Origin: Candidatus Marinacidobacterales bacterium
Lineage (GTDB): Bacteria > Acidobacteriota > Vicinamibacteria > Marinacidobacterales > SMYC01
Direction: 5' to 3'
Assembly: GCA_965224085.1 (NCBI GenBank)
Contig: CBDCYI010000011.1
Coordinates: forward strand, 832,001 to 896,000
DNA: 64,000 nucleotides
Each line of letters starts with the position of its first letter. The stretch's first letter is position 1. The notes beneath the pieces are model-generated. The model searched no databases, was not told the origin of the DNA, and was given only the letters and a program-made list of their open reading frames with translations. A program made the translations under genes and the position numbers. Of this stretch, positions 60,695 to 64,000 are shown in pieces.

Positions 60695-61620
60695 TGGCGC
60701 GCCACCTGAGGGTCGCCGCCGCGCAGCTCGGGCCGATCCATCTTGCTGATAGCCGCGAATCGGTCGTGGTCCGCTTGATCGATCTTCTTCGTAGAGCCCA
60801 TCGATCGGGTTGCGGCTTCGTCGTCTTCCCCGAGCTCGCGCTCACGACGTTCTTCCCGCGCTATTACATGGAAAACCGAGAAGACGTCGACGCCTATTTC
60901 GAAAAAGAGATGCCGGGCCCGGAGACGGCGCCTCTTTTCGAAGAAGCGAAAAGGCTCCGTGTCGGCTTTCATCTCGGCTACGCGGAGCTCGACGGCGAGC
61001 ATCACTTCAACGCTGCGATTCTCGTCGACGCGAATGGCTCGGTCGTCGGGAAATACCGTAAAATCCATCTTCCGGGACACGCCGATCACCGGCCGCACGC
61101 GCCCTTCCAGCATCTGGAGAAGCGCTACTTCGAGGTCGGCGATCTCGGCTTTCCCGTTTGGCGTGCCTTCGACGGCATCGTCGGCATGTGCATCTGTAAC
61201 GACCGGCGCTGGCCGGAGACGTTCCGTGTGATGGGACTTCAAGGCGTCGAGATGGTCGTGCTCGGTTACAACACGCCGACCGAAAACATCTATCACAGCG
61301 AGCCCGTCCATCGGCGCATGTTCCATCACCTTTTGTCGCTTCAAGCCGGTGCCTATCAGAACGGCACGTGGGTGGTCGCCGCGGCGAAGGCGGGGAAGGA
61401 AGACGGCTACGGGCTCATTGGAGGCTCCGCCATCGTGGCGCCTACCGGGGAGATCGTCGCGCAAGCGATCACGGAAGAAGACGAGCTCATCGCCCATGAC
61501 TGTGATCTCGATGTCGGGCGCGACATCAAAGAGAACATCTTCAACTTCGACAAGCACCGCCGCATCGAGCATTACGCAATCATCACGAGCCAGACTGGTG
61601 TTGTCCCTCCGCCGGAGTAA
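60688..61620 (+). CDS. N-carbamoyl-D-amino-acid hydrolase (nitrilase superfamily)
   Basis: FPELALTTFFPR, YRKIHLPGH, QHLEKRYF and CNDRRWPE (E-K-C triad). Confidence 0.92.
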   Translation: MVMARHLRVAAAQLGPIHLADSRESVVVRLIDLLRRAHRSGCGFVVFPELALTTFFPRYYMENREDVDAYFEKEMPGPETAPLFEEAKRLRVGFHLGYAELDGEHHFNAAILVDANGSVVGKYRKIHLPGHADHRPHAPFQHLEKRYFEVGDLGFPVWRAFDGIVGMCICNDRRWPETFRVMGLQGVEMVVLGYNTPTENIYHSEPVHRRMFHHLLSLQAGAYQNGTWVVAAAKAGKEDGYGLIGGSAIVAPTGEIVAQAITEEDELIAHDCDLDVGRDIKENIFNFDKHRRIEHYAIITSQTGVVPPPE

Positions 61621-61624
61621 AGGT

Positions 61625-63541
61625 TTACGTCTGTTCCCGGATGAGCTCGCGTACTCGATCGAGGAGCTGTTCTTCAGGGATGCTTCTCTTCTCGATGGTG
61701 TTCACCATCCACCCCTTTAAACGTTCCCGCTCCTCGTCGGTCAGGCTTTTTCCGGTAATAGCAACTACTGGGATGTCGCTGTTCTCGGGCGAGCTGCGAA
61801 GAGTCTCGACGACCTGAAAGCCGTCCATCTCGGGCATCATCAAGTTCAGGAGCACCAGAGACGGCCGGCGGGCGTCAACCTTTGCTAGAGCTTCCGCGCC
61901 GTTGGCGGCTTCCATGACCTCGACTCCTTCATGGTCCAGGATGCGCCGCAAGAGCTCGCGCTGATCGGGCTTGTCGTCCACGATGAGCACCGGGGCGGTC
62001 GTCTCCGCCGTTCGTCGATTGAGCACTGCGAGGAGTTGCTTCCGCTTTATCGGCTTCAAAAGATAATCGGACGCCCCAAGCGCGACTGCCGCCCCGCGCT
62101 CTTCCATTACGGTCAACATGATGACCGGGATCTCGCAGAGCTCGGAATCGGCTTTCAGCGCGGCGAGTACGGCCCAGCCATCCATCTTGGGCATCATCAC
62201 ATCGAGCGTGATGGCAGCGGGACGCAGCTCGCGAGCGAGCTCGAGACCTTGCTGGCCGCTTGTGGCCGTATGGACTTCAAAGCCATGGTCGCGCAACATG
62301 CGGCACATGAGGTCGAGCACGTCGTAGTCGTCGTCGATTGCGAGGATCTTGATGGCGTCGGAGCCTTTCGTGGAATTGCCGATAGCCGCGACGACTCCGT
62401 CGAGCACTTCGGTGGTCTCCGATCGGACCCTCGCTGGGAGCGAGACTTGAAAAGTCGTACCGACGTCAGGTTCGCTGTCGACATCGATCTCCCCGTTCAT
62501 CATTTCGCAGAACCTGCGCGTGAGCGCGAGCCCGAGGCCCGCGCCGCCAAACTTTCGCGATGTCGAGAAGTCGGCTTGTGTAAAGGGTTCGAAAATGCCG
62601 CTAATCCGTTCTTCGGCAATGCCGATGCCAGTGTCCCGAACCTTGAACAAGAAAGGCTCCTCGCCGTCGGGCTGCGCCGAGCGTACCGCTTCGATGGTGA
62701 TGACGCCGTCCGAAGTGAACTTGGCGGGGTAGGCGGACTCGGCGGCGTCTTTCGCAGCGATGAGCGCTTCTTCGGCGCACTTCCGCTCTGTAACGTCCTG
62801 TCCGAAGACGTAGACATAGTCGGCGTCCGTAATCGGCGTGATTACGAATCGAAAGACACGGTCCTTGACGTCGACCTCTAGCTCCCCGGAGGTCTGGGAG
62901 TCCAGCGCTTCCTGAAAAGCGGGCCGCCAGACCTTGGGAACGCGCAACTCGTATCGCGCGTCGAGTCGCTTCAAAAGCCGATGCGTCGACTCGTTCGCAA
63001 ACTCGATGATGCCGTTTGGTCCGACCCGCATGATCGGGTTCGGGTTCTCGAGCGTGAACTTCGCCATCGCGCGTGTCTTCGTCTTGGCGTCGCGCTCGGA
63101 GGAGACATCCCTGCCAAAGGCGTAAAGATAGCTTTCGTCCCGGACAGGCGTGATGTCGAGAAGGAAGAGACGGTCCTCTACTTCGAGCTCGATCTGCTGA
63201 GGTGTTCTGGTGCGTCGCGCCGTGTCGAAGGCCTCACGATGGGACTCGGATAAAGGCTTGCCGAGCTGCGAGCCCATCGCCTCGAGAAGCGGCGCGCTGG
63301 CGTCGTTGACGAAGTCGATCTTGCCGTCTTCCGCCACACGGATCAACGGGTTGGGGAACTCGCGCGGAAACCTCGCAAGTGTTCTTAGCTGCTCTAGCTC
63401 ATTGGCATCGGTCAAGCGGTCGTGGCCTCCGAACAATATACGAGCGGGCCCTTGGTTCGACGAAGCCGCCGAGCCGCGAGCTGATAAATATTTGATTTCC
63501 GTGTATCTTTTGATGTTACCGGCTGAGAAGACGTTGGGCAA
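61625..63541 (-). pseudogene. hybrid sensor kinase (PAS-PAS-HATPase-REC-REC) with an in-frame loss of HisKA
   Basis: AKDAAESA joins directly to YPAKFT, with no H-box. DTGIG and GAGLGL are retained. The 5' end is uncertain. Confidence 0.75.
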
Positions 63542-63660
63542 GGGCTCTAGATGCCCTCGAGGGCGCGGTCAATGTCCGCGGCGAAACACGGTGGGAACCT
63601 CGGTGAAACGATCCGAGGTCAAGTTGTACGGGCTTGTCTCCAGCGTATGGCTTCCTCGGC

Positions 63661-64000
63661 CGCTTCGACGCCATGGAACGGGTACTGCAGGAAGTCGACG
63701 GAGGCCCCGACGCCTATTTCGTCTCGATCGATGTCAGCGTCGTTAACCCTGCCGAGATGGTTGCGGCTGGGCGTGCAACGTACAACGGCTTGCGTCTCGA
63801 GGAAGTGACCCAGGCCATCCGCCATGTGTGCGCGGCGAAAGAGATCGTCGGTTTTGAAATTACGGACATGGCCCCGATGCTGGATTACTCTCGACTGTCG
63901 GTAATGCATGCGAATGCCGTGCTGAATGCTTGCCTGGTTGGCATCGCGGTGCGCAAGGCCGGCCTCGACCCGGACTACGTTCATCCTTTGGCGCTCGATC
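63661..64000 (+). pseudogene. agmatinase/arginase-family C-terminal fragment (runs to the window edge)
   Basis: AMERVLQEVDGGPDAYFVSIDVSVVNP...IVGFEITDMAPMLD...GIAVRKAG; no N-terminal half is visible. Confidence 0.65.

Overview
GC-rich bacterial chromosomal window, probably from an Acidobacteriota (Vicinamibacteria-like) genome. The taxon is inferred from the VWA, kinase/PD40 and PQQ-propeller gene types, not from a marker gene. Intact core genes include elp3, an htpX-like protease, thrA-asd-thrB-thrC, a fadB-like gene, glpD-glpF, a sodium:solute symporter, vapBC and hydantoinase-carbamoylase. These are interleaved with many deletion-fusion pseudogenes and five IS elements: IS110/IS1111, IS1182, a 5'-truncated IS1634, a cargo-carrying IS1595 and a nested IS256. 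No rRNA, tRNA or CRISPR array was seen. The most notable signals are: (1) an IS1111-type element whose bridge/seek RNA guides can be read directly against its insertion site and donor junction, with a duplicated right end; (2) a stand-alone ~285-nt promoter-to-terminator RNA with 16-nt complementarity to the 16S rRNA 3' end; (3) an IS1595 with a structured leader RNA, passenger genes and an antisense ORF; (4) an outer-membrane barrel + type-1-copper periplasmic protein + Cache-HAMP-adenylate cyclase-Ser/Thr kinase module; (5) a FrzS/AglZ-like pseudo-receiver coiled-coil protein. All calls come from motif recognition by eye; no database searches were run.
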